A DNA stretch of 36,049 bases from Octopus bimaculoides (Eukaryota). Location of the stretch: assembly GCF_001194135.2 (NCBI RefSeq), contig NC_068985.1, positions 73,961,694 through 73,997,742 on the forward strand, in the 5' to 3' direction. The position numbers were made by a program, and so were the translations under genes. The notes beneath the pieces are model-generated. The model had not been told where the DNA came from, made no database searches, and saw only the letters and a program-made list of their open reading frames with translations. Shown piece after piece: positions 35,783-36,049 of the stretch (positions within the stretch are counted from its first letter, which is position 1; each line of letters starts with the position of its first letter).

Positions 35783-36049
35783 ACAATATATTATAAATTA
35801 ACTACCAACAAAAATAATTGGTAAGCTAACTTAAATTGTGAAATTTTTTCGCCATGAACGGTTTGTGTTTTTAAACGGAATGTATTTTTTCTGATGTTAT
35901 ATCTGTTCCTGAATGATGTGTAAAGAAATTTTGATTTAAGCATCTTCATGAATTCTTTATACTGAAATATATATTGAACAAGATAAATATGTTCTTTTGA
36001 ATTTATACGTTTTTGCGTCGTAACTCCTTTATTATTATTAATATTTATA

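Overview
AT-rich, microsatellite-dense eukaryotic DNA with many N gaps. The SINE families and repeat content look like an octopod (Octopus-like) short-read assembly; this is recognition from memory, not a database result. I found no host protein-coding gene, tRNA/rRNA gene or CRISPR array, and most ORF-track entries are microsatellite or antisense artefacts. The window is mostly transposon remains: a full-length decayed Chapaev3-type DNA transposon (7060-9169, CACTGG termini, TAA target duplication); an internally deleted Ty3/Gypsy element (LTR, tRNA-Ser PBS, gag, then integrase); a decayed Tc1 in (TA)n; a pogo/Tigger MITE; an unclassified MITE with ~80-bp TIRs; two L1/Tx1 3' ends with (ATT)n tails; four Penelope-like (PLE) fossils from two lineages; and three SINE families. 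The best leads are a minimal hammerhead-ribozyme-like motif in a short PLE-type repeat (1581-1616, minus strand), the Chapaev3 copy, the unclassified MITE and an unassigned coding-like block at 31.1-32.2 kb. I see no convincing evidence for a wholly new biological system.
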